In this document: positions 1 to 11,800 of the stretch, piece after piece
Layout of the letters: each line of letters opens with the position of its first letter
Position numbering within the stretch: position 1 is the first letter of the stretch
NCBI GenBank assembly: GCA_010909165.1
Contig: MU008208.1
Location: 29,545-93,544, forward strand
Direction: 5' to 3'
From: Anthoceros angustus
Taxonomy: Eukaryota; Plantae; Anthocerotophyta
DNA length: 64,000 nt
Made by a program: the position numbers and the translations under genes
The notes under the pieces: generated by a model
Told to the model about the DNA's origin: nothing
Database searches by the model: none
Seen by the model: the letters and a program-made list of their open reading frames with translations, nothing else

Positions 1-79
1 GAGTGCCGAGGTCCCGAGCCTCACCTCCTTGGCCCTCTGCCGCCAATGACGTAATAGGGAAATACATCGCCGTAACCAG

Positions 80-982
80 ATCGATAAGTATTTCAACTGT
101 GTTCTCTGTTTTTTTCACAATTTAAGTTTTTTTGCTGGTCGTTTTAAGTTGCCTGCAGTTGTCAATGTTCTGCGCAGTGTTGCTCGCGCTGTTTCCTTGC
201 AATTTCACTTGATTTTGTCAAGGTATTATATACTCTGTCTTTCATGCAGGTTGTATTCTCTGGAGATGCTCTCATGTATGTGGCTGTTAGCATTACGTCA
301 TTGTTTCATGTTTTTGATCTGTCCTGTTCTAATTGTCTGTTGTTTTTGCGTGAGACGCAGGTAGTAATTGTCGCTAGAAGTTATCCAGGCAACACGGGAT
401 GGGGTCTTCAAATGTTTGTGCAAACTGTAAGAAAAGTGAACAATTGTAGTTTATTGTCGATGATTCTTGCCCTAGTTCTTGATATTGTTTTATGATAGTC
501 TTTTGTTTCTGATTAACTAACATCCTTGTTTCAATACCGTGCAGGTTGTGGTTTGGGCTACCCTTCGGTTCTTGTCTAAGGTATGTGGTTAAGCTCTTCG
601 TTGTGTTGTGAACTTGGCTTTTCTGTTACTCCTTCGGGATTCTGCTTGGTTCTTTTATACTACATAATGTGCCGGGTTACATTAAATTCATGCAGTAAGG
701 TTTTTTGAGTCCAAGGCAGCGAGGTGGGATTTCTAGAATGAGCTTCTATCTAGATGTACCTGGTATTCACTTGGTGTCTATTTCTTTCTACCACCGCCTG
801 GTTTCAACATTTATGGTGGATGCATTTCACCGCCATGCCATGTTTTCTACTTTATTGTAATAGATTTTACTACATTGAGTAAAAATAATGACCAAATGGT
901 CAATTCTCTCTCTAGAAATGTACCCTCCCAAAGAAAAAAATCGAGGAGCAGTAGCGTGAGGCCTGACGAGGCCGCTTACTTT
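80..982 (+). repeat. 3' terminal block of a preceding copy of the YR-element family (direct repeat of about 4973-5917)
   Basis: GATCGATAAGTATTTCAA...AAATGGTCAATTCTCTCTCT...GAGGCC...ACTTT is colinear with 4973-5917. Its last ~250 bp are the reverse complement of 21482-21740. Confidence 0.8.
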
Positions 983-1322
983 CAAATGATTAGGAACGGA
1001 CGCGAGGAGGGCGTTATCACGAGAACGGCCGAGGCGTTAATGGGAACCGCCGAGGCCGTCTTGCGCCCGGTACGCTGCCCGCTTCCCTCGCGGCGGGAGC
1101 GGCCGTAAACCGGCGGCCGACGCGCCGCTTTGGACTCTTCGGCTAGAGGCCGAGGCGATAGCCGAGGTCCGCGATCAGCTTTAGAGTCACTGGGCACACA
1201 AATTTTATATAAGTGCTGTCTCTCTCTCTTTTGTTAAAACTTAAACTGCGGGGTTTCACTTTAGCAAATAATAGTCATTTGACATAATAGTCACACTGAA
1301 AGCATCATTGGTACGTCAATTT

Positions 1323-1474
1323 TCTAGAGTATTTTAGTTCAGCTATGTTGAAGATCCTAAGCATATTCTCGGGGTGGATGGGGTATACACTTCAACTAGT
1401 CTAGAGTATTTTCCACAGGTTCCGCTATGTTGAAGATCCTAAGCATATTCTAGGGGTGGATGGGGTATACACTT
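1323..1474. repeat. Two-copy tandem repeat, about 78-bp period
   Basis: TCTAGAGTATTTT...GCTATGTTGAAGATCCTAAGCATATTCT(C/A)GGGGTGGATGGGGTATACACTT occurs twice. Confidence 0.85.
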
Positions 1475-3738
1475 TGATGTACGCAACAAAGGCGCTCTGA
1501 CCGAATCTTGGCAAGTCTTAATTTCTTCTCGGGTGATCAATTCCACCTTCGTGAGACCTCTTCCGTCACGGCTCTCTCGGAACTGCTCAAGCAACCCAAG
1601 GTGACCACCTCACCACTGAACAAAGCCAAATCAGCAGTGAGAAATGCGCCGCAGTCAAGTTGTGTCCCACACCTACACCCGCGTCCGTCCGGCTCATCGT
1701 CTATCTCGATGGGGTTGCTGAGCCCTGCATTGAGCGGAGTCGAGCCGGGCCAGCATCTGCTGATTCGAGCAAGGGCGGTTATGATTTGAGGAGGAGGAGG
1801 ACAAATCCATGAGCCGTATAAAACCCGGAGGGCGCAATACAAACCCAACCTCCCACGAATCTCCTCCTTCCCCGATCAAAGATCCTCCCTACCAGCGGAG
1901 AGGACGCGAGCAAGGCGGGGAAGAGGCAGCCACTATAACCACGAAACACCATGTGCAAAAACACGACCCGGGCCTGGGCAGTAGAATCTGCACAGGGCGG
2001 GAAGAATTGCAACAGGGAAAACACAAGCAACCGAATCCAACACAAGCAAAAGCAGAAATTGGGCGAGAGAGGCGACCAGATGTCGGGAAGACTGGCACCT
2101 CTGGGCAGCAATTGCAGCCAGACCCGCAGCCTCAGCCGAGCACATCAGGAAGAGCAAGAGCGGAGATGCAGGTGCAACGCAGGAACAATCGATCGAGGAG
2201 GCAGCGGCAGAGCGGGGCGGCGAAGCGGCGGCGGCGAGGCGGAGGCGAGCGAAGCGGCGGCGGTGGCGTACGGTTGCGGCTGGAGAGAATACAAATGCCA
2301 ACAAGTGATGTCCTTGGCTCCGGACTCCGACACCATGTGGTAAGTGAAAATAGCAGGAAGTGCAGGATTAAATCCAACATTACGACCATAGGGTGCCATT
2401 GTCAACACGTGCCAAATAAATGGGTGTCCTTGCAGACATTACAACCGATAAGCACTTCCGGCCAGCTTTGAAGCCTCGCGAAATCATAAATGCGGTTGAT
2501 GTATTGTGACGGCAACAATGTGAGTGGAGGGAAGGAAAGGGAATGTTAGCAAACAGTGCGAGCTCGGGTGCGGGTTGAGGAGCTTACCGAATAATACGGA
2601 TGATTGCCCACAATCCCAGCTCTTTGGATGCAAGCCAATGGAGGCAAGGGCCCTCAATGGAACAATTTGGGCCTCATGGCTCAAGTTGTGACAGGCTGAC
2701 CTCGAAGTCTCACAGATTTGACAAACCTCCTCCTAACACTCTTATTTTGTGTGGACCGGGAGGCAGGCAAGTGATGCTGCAGCGTTTCTCACTTAGAAAA
2801 GAACACACTCGAGCAAAAGACTTGTCCCGAAAACCACAACTCTTTTACCGGACCCTCTGCTTGTGAGAGAAGAAGGGTTGATCTCTACAGTGGGTAATGC
2901 GTTCCCTGTTGGCGTTCGTGGCAGAGAAGGCAGGGTGATGCTAAGTGCGGACCATGGTTGCGTCGTGGTCGTGCGTAAGGAGCGGCGCAAGAGGTGGGGC
3001 AAATCGTCGGCTGAAAAGCAAAAGAAATGTCGGTGGGATGTGGGTAGGTTGGTGATGTCTAAAATCTAGATGAAGGAAAACCCATCCATGACAAGTGCTA
3101 GCGTGGGCGATACTGGTAGTCGCAGATGTGGAGGTTGGGCACTCTCAAGGACTCCGGCCGTGTGGATGAGTCTTGGCGAAACTCAAGGGACGCACCTTGC
3201 AGAACCTACGTCGGCGGGAAAACCTCCGCCACACCCAGCACCTCCACGGGCGGAACCTCGCCCAAAAGCTCCGGAACCTCCAGCGTTGCGCCCGAAGCTT
3301 CCGCTAAGCGGGGAGAACGTCGGCGCGGGGCGTCCGTTGAGCGGCAGATGCTTCGAGGTCGACCGAGCAGGACCTCGATCGGCGCTAAAAGCTCCGCGAG
3401 ATAGCAACAAGAAGGTGGAGGGGAGCGGCGGCGTGATGGGCGATGCGAAACTAGGATGCAACTTGTTTAAGTAATCGGAAAATTAGGTTTCGGATGGTTC
3501 TGAGGTGTGTGTGTGGCAGTGTTTGGACGGCATTCGTCTCACCTCCTGCTTGAGTTGGAGACAAGGTCTGGTCTTTTATTAAGGTTTGGAACAAAAATTA
3601 GGTTTGGGTGAGCGTGGCGGCGTGAATAATGGCTCTATAGGGTTGGAATCCGGCTCGGAAAACTAGGTTGGAATTCAAATGAGCTTCTAGAGATAATGGC
3701 GAGCGCCCGGCAGAGGAGATTGTTCTAGGGTTTGGTGG

Positions 3739-3746
3739 CCTATATA
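3739..3746 (+). promoter_or_regulatory. TATA box of the element-borne transcript
   Basis: CCTATATA lies in the same context (TAGGGTTT/TAGGTTT-rich upstream, AAGGCC repeats downstream) as CCTATATAAG at 58938. Confidence 0.45.
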
Positions 3747-6700
3747 GCAGCTTCTCCAAAGCCCGGTCTTTTGCAAAATTCTCGGGTTGTAGTTGCTTCC
3801 GAGGCTTTGCTCAGGAGTCTCAAGGCCTTTATTCAGATCTTTTGTTTGTCAAGGTTTTAGGCTCTGTTAAGGCCAAGGCCTTGCAGCCTTTGTTCAAGGC
3901 CAATGAGTCTTTGTAAGTCTATTTGAAGGGCAAAAGGTGGTTTGTTTGTTCCGAAGGGTCTTAGAAGGCCAAGGGGTCTTTAGGTAAGGGGCAACTTCGT
4001 TTTCCTTCTTTGAAGGTCAAGGGTGGTTCTTTGTCCGGAGGCCAGTTTGTTTTTCGGCACCGAAGGCCAAGGTCTTTGTTAGCCTTAAAGGTTAAGGCCG
4101 TTTTGCTTGAAACATCGGTGTGTTGGTTTCATGTCGCTCTTTGGTTGTGTTTAGTTTTGGTCAGTTATACGCTCAAAGTTTCGCTGTTGTTTGTCTTTGT
4201 TTGGTTACCTTTATGCATTTGCTATGGCGGTGAGTGCTTTTCGGTGCCGCTATCCGGTCTTTGTGTGCATCGCGACTGTGTGTAAACTTTTCCGGGCTAG
4301 ACAAAGGTATTCTTGTTGTATCCGCTTGTTTAGGCCTTGCTAGTTGTTTCTGACCCTATCACTTTGTATCTTGTGGAAGTTCTTGCTTGTTTCTTCATGT
4401 AGTTTATGTCGATAATCCTTGTCTTTCTCGTCGTCTTAGATCTCAAGCTTTTAATTCTACTGGCGGCCATCTTTCGTTTTTTCAAAGCGATCGGACCGAC
4501 ACCAGCGGGCGATGTCGGATCCTTTCGATGAGTTGCTTAAGACCCTTGCGATTGTAGCTTACTTAGTTGAACCCTATCTGCATGTTGTGTATTCTGGATT
4601 CTCTTACCCCCCTTCCAACCAGCAATTTGGTTGCTGTTTTTGCGTTGCTTGTTGTAAGTTTTCTGTATGTGTGTCCTTCTTGAGTTTTTGGTTTCGTGGT
4701 CGCTAATGCTGGCGCTCATCTTTGTGTGTTGTATTCTTTCATGCAGTTAGGTTTTACTCCAACTCGTTTGAATGATTGTATGTATTTTTAAGGTACCTTG
4801 TGTCATTGATGTATGTTCCAATCTTTGGCCCGGTTTTATCTTTATATATCGTGCGGTCGTTGCTTGCGTTTCTGCCGCGGGCTTCTCTGCTCCCGACTAT
4901 ATGCTTGTGTTTTGATGCGGACAAGTTGTTGGTTTTAGGTTGGGACGTAATAGAAATACACTTCAGTAGCAAGGATCGATCGTATTTCAAGCGTGTTCTC
5001 TGTTTTTGTAATTTAAGTTTTTGCTAGTCGTTTTTAAGTTGCTGCTTGATTTGTGATATTACCAGTGTTGCTCGTCTGTTTTCCTTGCAATTTCACTTGA
5101 TTTTGTCAAGGTATTATATATACTCTTTCATGCGAGTTGTATTCTCCTGGAGATGCTCTCATGTATGTACAGCTAGCATTGTCATTGTTTACATGTTTTG
5201 ATCACATTTCTAACTATACATTGTTTTTGCGTGACGCAGTAGTAATGTCGCTAGAAGTTATCCAGGGCAACACGGGATGGGGTCTTCAAATGTTTGTGCA
5301 AAGCGTAAGAAAAGTGAACAATTGTAGTTTATTGTGATTCTTATGTAGCTACTTGAGGTAGAAATAGTTTGAACTACCACAATCCTTGGCTCTATCGTTA
5401 GCCAGCCTTTGTCTATCGAGTTGTTTTATGATAGTCTTTTTTGTTTCTGATTAACTAACATCATCGCTTTCAATACAATCTATGCGAGTTGTGGTTTGGC
5501 TACCGCCGGTTCTTGTCTAAGGTATGTGGTTAAGCTCTCTTCGTTGTGTTGTGAACTTGGCTTTTCATTACTCCTTAAGGGATTACTCTTGGTTCTTTTA
5601 TACTACATGATGTGCGGGTTACATTAAATTCATGCGCATAAGGTTTTTGAGTCAAGGCGTGAGGTGGGATTTCTAGAATGAGCTTCTATCTAGATGTACC
5701 GGTATTCACTTGGTGTCTATTTCTTTCTACCTGCTGCCTCGGTTTCAACATTTATGGTGGATGCATTTCACACCCATTGCCATATGTTTTCTACTTTTTG
5801 TATAGATTTTACTACATTGAGTAAAAATAATGACCAAATGGTCAATTCTCTCTCTCTAAATACCCCTCCCCGAAAAAATCGAGATAAGCGTCGAGGCCCC
5901 AGGCAGAGGCCGACTTTGATCTCTTCACCTTCATGAGGGGTTAGGGGATCAGGGATTCTATCGCCCTGGTCTTTTTTGCTCCTCCGACCCATTGCCATCT
6001 GCTGGAAGGCCACCGAAACCAAAGTTGAAGACCGCAATTCTTGCTCATAGAGGTGGAAGATGGAATAGCAAAACCCGTAATCTGACCTTTGTTTGGAGGA
6101 TGTTGCCAAGGGAGGGCGTGGCGAGCGCGATGGCGTGTGCAATCGCTCCGGACTTCACAGGCGGCGCAGACAGTTTTATGCGGTGGCGAACACGCCCAAG
6201 CTTCGCAAGCCTTCAGACGAATGGGGCGACTCTTCAAATTGAAGTGTTCCTTTGCGAGGTGTCTCGATGTACACCTCGACTTACGAACACTGTTTGCTCC
6301 AACAGAAAAGAGATAATCCTGTTTCTTCCCTAGGGCAATAATAACCCCAACGAAATTAGGGTTGAAAGGATGATGAAACATCATGTCCAGGCGTATCCAC
6401 ATAAAGTTGGTCCAACAAAAGCTAACCCTGGCTCCTGAAAACTCGTATTTATGGATGGGAACGGGTAGAACTATTTTTCCTTCGCAGCCGCAAGTTCCAC
6501 CCAACCCAAAGTGGGGTTAACCACAAGTTTCACCATCATGGTAATCAACATCCCCATTGCGCCACAATCAGTCCATGTGGGATGCCGAGCATGAATGCAA
6601 TGTAATTAAAGCTACCGCCATTCCTTGTCCCAGCTAGCGGCGCCGCATATCTAAGCCGGATACGCTATTAACGTCCATTTTTCCCGAATGATTGACCCAA

Positions 6701-8305
6701 GTTTGCCTTAACCTTGCACGGCGGCCGCAAGGGTTTCGTGCCCGACACTTTAGGTCGCTCGCTTGCCACAATCATGTTGAATGCTACTCATCCTTTGGAT
6801 GGAGATGAGGTGTGGATTGTTTTGTTGTCAATTTGCCGATGTTTTGGGCTCAGATGCCGACGACTATTCCATCCGTCGGGTGAATCGCCTCAGTAATGTT
6901 TGCGACGGGCACACCGCTCGCAATTCAAGACAACAACGGAGGATGTTGCCCAAAGGAGGAGGATACTAAACGTGCCTCAAATACGGTCATGTGGTGTGTG
7001 GACCTCTGCCTTCCCAAAAGGACAACGCATTCCAGAAGGTATAACTAGGAGAGAATCAAACCGGTCTGTTCCTACTTGCTTGAATTCGCCTTACATACCA
7101 ATGCCTTTGCTTGCATTTGCAGCCTGCTAGCAGGCCACAATGGGCGCAGGTTCATCTTCACCATCTGCTCCGAGGTGTGCCTTGACACCGAAACCTCAAT
7201 TTGTATGCCGCCTTAGATAGGAGCCTGCCCGCTCATCGCATGAGAATGCACAAAGTAGTCGACACTGCTCGCCTGAGGGAGGGCCTCAAGCATTGAGGCG
7301 TGACTTATTTCCTACTATGGATGAGTGGGAAAGGTATCCTCCTCGAAAGCGTCGTCACTTCGACGAGGAGGATGACGCCTTTCAAACACCGGAGGTGGAC
7401 ATGCTCGCAATCATACCATCCCAAGCCATTGAGCGAAAGCTTGATAGCAACAAAGGCTCTTGTTTCAACGGTCAAGACGCTGCGGTGTGCCGATGAGGAA
7501 ATGCGGGCGTGCCCCTTGATTTCGCAAGCCCGCTAAACCAAATGTGTGTTCGTAAATTGACTATAGAAAGGTTGCGGAGCGAGATACCGGTTTCTACGAA
7601 TGGGCGATAAGAGCAGAGACGCTTTCGGAATCTCTTGTTCACGCCGATCGCAGCGGGCCAAAGACAATGATAAAGTTGTGACCCATCTATGGGGGTCGGC
7701 CGACGCTCTGCCTCGAGCTTCGCAGGTATATTGCATTGGCCATAGTAGGTATGAAGAGCTGAAGAGAAGGGTTATTGCACATGCACCATGGGATGGCTTT
7801 AGAGCAAACCCTAAACAGCAGTCTACATATGCGCAGGGTGCAATCGCGTGGATGGACAACACATTCCTGTTCATGGCGGAAAGGCTCCCCAATGTTGATG
7901 TGTTTAACCTTCCAGACACATTTACAAAGTTCGAAATTTGGGCAAAATATAAACGGCAATGTGAGGGTTCCAGTCAACGGTTTGTGACCTATGCTTGGTT
8001 TTTGAAACTTTGGAGGGAGAACTTCAGCACGGTGAAGATTCCAAAGTCCAACAGGTTCTCCACGTGCTCGCTTTGCGCAGGATTGAAAACGACAATTAGA
8101 AACACGACTGCTAAAGTCGACCAAGGTATTCTCCAAAATCCTTTCAGTCGGTACATTATGTGTCCTTCTATGTCCTTTGTTCTGGCTGCACACTCTCCAT
8201 GTCTTAGGTGGTTAGTACATCGTGTTCTCTGTAATTTGAATGTGGCATGTTGAAAGGGACGTGCTAGCACCTTGAAGTAGGCCCGCATGTCAGGTTCGAC
8301 CAATG

Positions 8306-8333
8306 AGTGGGCGCCGGCTGGCCGGCGCCCACT
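8306..8333. repeat. Perfect 13-bp-stem GC hairpin
   Basis: AGTGGGCGCCGGC-TG-GCCGGCGCCCACT. Confidence 0.9.
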
Positions 8334-8853
8334 TCCTCTTTAGCACCTCTCGGGGTTTACGCAGCTTGTGTATTCCATGGAAGAGGCGTCCCATGGTAGG
8401 GAAGAGGAGGAAGTGTCTTGGCCCACCTAGGAAGCTTTTGGTGGGAAGGTAAAGGTGTCTCGGGAAGGTTAGGGTAGTAAGAAGGAACGTTCTCCATGCT
8501 CCTCTAGCCATTGCACTCCATAGTAAGAGGTATGGCCGACAATGAACATACCGGGCTTTGCCGAGGCCTCCTCGTTAGAGGCGCCGCAGCGCCCTCTCTT
8601 CCACCAAGATGCAAATTCTACAATGGAAGGCGGTTTGCATGGTGTTCGTCGATAGCCCGCGGACTGGTATGAGGATGACGCCGGCGGGCCGGCGCCTTTC
8701 ACCCACGGTTTTGGTGGGCAACAGGAAGCATTCGGCCTAAGGGTTGAACGGCACAGATATCATGTTGCGGATACGACGGGTTCCAAACCAGCAGTACTGG
8801 GTGTTGGATGATCTGCAATGATCCTATGTCTGCAATGCCTGTGCATGTCTAAC

Positions 8854-11800
8854 CACTATAACAATGGCTGCAGTTTTATTACAATTTTTATTACACTTAC
8901 GGGCAATAATATTACAGTTATGCGGGATACATGACGCAGCAGTGGGCAAAATATTCGTAATTCCCACCGACATTGTCATTTCGTCATCGGATCCCCTTAT
9001 ATGTCGTGGGCGAGTATGGCTGGCCGGTTCCTTTATTTAACTTGGGTTGCAGGGATTCGATTGGCGAGCCTGGGCATACTTGTCGCATGGACATGTCGAG
9101 AGCAGAATCGGGATCATGTCGGCACTGCGGCCACAATTGTGTGTCCTGCCATGTCGATGCAACCATGCCGGACCCATAAATTATGAAGAGCCACGTGTTG
9201 GCCACTTCCTGTGACGATGGTGGTCACGCCCCTGACGCCATGTGGTTGTCGACCACGTGTGTTCACGCTTTGACTGCAAATAACATTTGACCAAAATTAC
9301 AATAATAAATCGCACTTACGATTCACCACAGTGAAATCCCAATAATAGTGGAAGGGGATTTCCCGGCGTAGGTCAATCCCCCAACGCCTCGTTTAGATCC
9401 GGTAGGGTCATATTAAGCTAATCATGTTTTAGATTCCAGACTCCACTGGTCAATTTATATACTGGCATGATCATATGGTGTGCAATATAACAAGCGGATA
9501 TGGCATCTGCGGCAAATTGAAACTTCATGCATGCATCCATCACAACTCTCTCAATCTCATCAAGCATACTCGCTTCCCCTTGAGCCATCCGGCGGATCCC
9601 TTCCTGTCGTCTCGGGTAGCGGCTTTGGAGAAGAATTCGGCCTCGGCACTCCGCCACGTGGGGTTGGATCTTCCACCTGTGAAATTGGCAATCTCATGCT
9701 TAGCGGCCTGGAATCAACTCCCATAGTTGCGAGCACCTATAGCTAGCTGTAAAGAGCCTGGCTTATACCATACCTGATTCACCCCGCCCTCTGATCTGTC
9801 CACCTCCAGACTCCATGGTGACGCATTTCCAGCCCTTGCACGACCATGGAGGGCGTCCATCCCAGCGTCACTCTGCAGCACGGACGTGGACTCGTTTTAA
9901 CCAGGAGCCACAAGCCATGAAAAAACACCGGGCCGCTAAATCCACTTACTGTAGGTCGAGTGCCCTCCCATGTTTCTCTCCTCACCGGTGGATGCTCTGG
10001 CGATTGTGGTGTCATGGGCACTACATCCACTGCTGATAGTTCCAAGGTTGTCATGTTTGCCACCGACGTTCCTCCCAATCGTGCAACCTCCTCGCGATTG
10101 CACATTAGCTTCACCACGCTAGAGCCCACTTCCTTCCCCTTCGATCTGCCTCGCTCCACACACAACTGCGTTAAGGCCAGCCGGTCAAAGCAGAAACAAT
10201 CGCGCGCTCACCATGGACCTCCAGTCGGGCATCCTTTCCGCCGTGGTCCGATGCCCACTGCCTCTGCAAGGTGGGCATCCGCTTCAGCGAATGTAAAGGC
10301 ACGCCCGCCGCTGCGGTCCCCACCATACGGATTGCTCCACCGCTCCCAGCAGCGTGCCTTGCCTCTGCGCGACCATCTGCGTGGTCGCCACACTCCCCGT
10401 TTGATGCTAGCGACTCCGTGTGTTGTATTTGTTTCCCATGTTGTGATGTTGGGTGGCGCAATGCGCCGTCCTACTTCCCCGCTGCAATTGTCCGCTTGCT
10501 TCACCTTGCATGTTGCATAGAAATTACAGCGTTCTTGATCGTTTATGCGGGCCTTGATCCATCCATTCGTGACCATGGGGAAATCGCTTGCATCCTCTCT
10601 ACCGACTCTCTCGTAGCTCTGAGTGTTTAAATCCATAGCTTCATCACGGTCGGCTGGTTTGCACAAGTTCGTAAATCGCTCAAAGCCTTGTCGCATGGAA
10701 GGAGCCAGCCTCCGGCATTCCAGCCGTGCACATGATCTATGTCGACACCATCGGCCGGCTTGGACATTCGTCGGCCCGCGGCCATGCGACAGTGCATTGG
10801 CCACGGCCTCAAAGCCACACGGGAGCGGTGCCATCACGGCATCAATGCGGGGAGCACTGGCTGGAGCTGCCCCTGCTGCGGCGGCAAATCGAGCCTCCAC
10901 TCGCCGCAGTGGCAGCCCTCCTCTGCATTCCAGTGCAAGTGGAGCAATGACGGTGGCTTCCTCGGATGCTCGGACCCTCACACACTCTTGGACTTTGTCA
11001 TCGCTAGGATGCACCTTCAATGCTCACTGCTCACCGGGTGGCCACCCTGCACCCTCCATGTCATCCATTGCATGAGGCCCCGCAGTTCTTTCGGGATGGC
11101 GCCATGGTACAAGCGAGAGCTCCTATCGCTAATGGGACCCCGCGAGGTGAGCAGGGATAAGAGGTGAGCGGCGGGGAAATTCAAATCAGGCGCAGCCGGG
11201 TGTTCTCGGGCAAGCGTTCTCTGGTCTTCCCGCATACAAATAGCCATGGCCTTCACTCCGCCATACTTCCTCTCACTCCTTTCGCTCCACATTCAATTTG
11301 AACTCTTGAGCCATTGCATTCAAACTATGCAATAGCCTTTTGCCGTGATTCTTAGAAATACAATTTGATTGCATTACATGCCTAGTGGAATACATTTGCC
11401 GAGGCGGAGGGGCGATGAGAAATCACAAATCTAGGCACCACAATTTCTACATCTGGCTGCACAAAGTGGTCTACAGGCGGTTCGCTACCCAAGTTCGCTG
11501 GTGGTTCCACCATATTTGTTGGTCCATCGCATGCTCCGATTGCTCCCGTTTGCAACTGCTTGGTGAAAGTGTGTTGGGCACAACATTGTCGAATCGGCAA
11601 ACTCCGGGAAGTTGTCGAGGTGCACTCGACGCCATAGCGTCAAACCATACATCCGGTCTCTGTCTAGTCTCAAGGTCCACATCGCATATGATTCCTCCCA
11701 ACACATTGCCATGTCTTTTCCAATTGGTAGGCCATAGGGAGGCGAAACTTCACCAAGGATGAGAAGCTCATCGGCATTCACGATTTCTGCTTGTTGCATC

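Larger units (their letters stand above)
990..5917 (+). mobile_element. Putative non-autonomous or divergent member of the tyrosine-recombinase element family (about 4.9 kb)
   Basis: 5' end TTAGGAACGGACGCG plus ~240 bp GC-rich block matches 55402-55630. CCTATATA at 3739 is followed by AAGGCC-rich sequence, as at 58938-59830. 3' end GCGTCGAGGCCCCAGGCAGAGGCCGACTTT matches the reverse complement of 21482-21512. No recombinase motifs found inside. Confidence 0.6.

Noticed and set aside
5930-6650. ORFs of 113-187 aa after the 5917 end
   Set aside because: Overlapping frames with no recognisable family; left unassigned.
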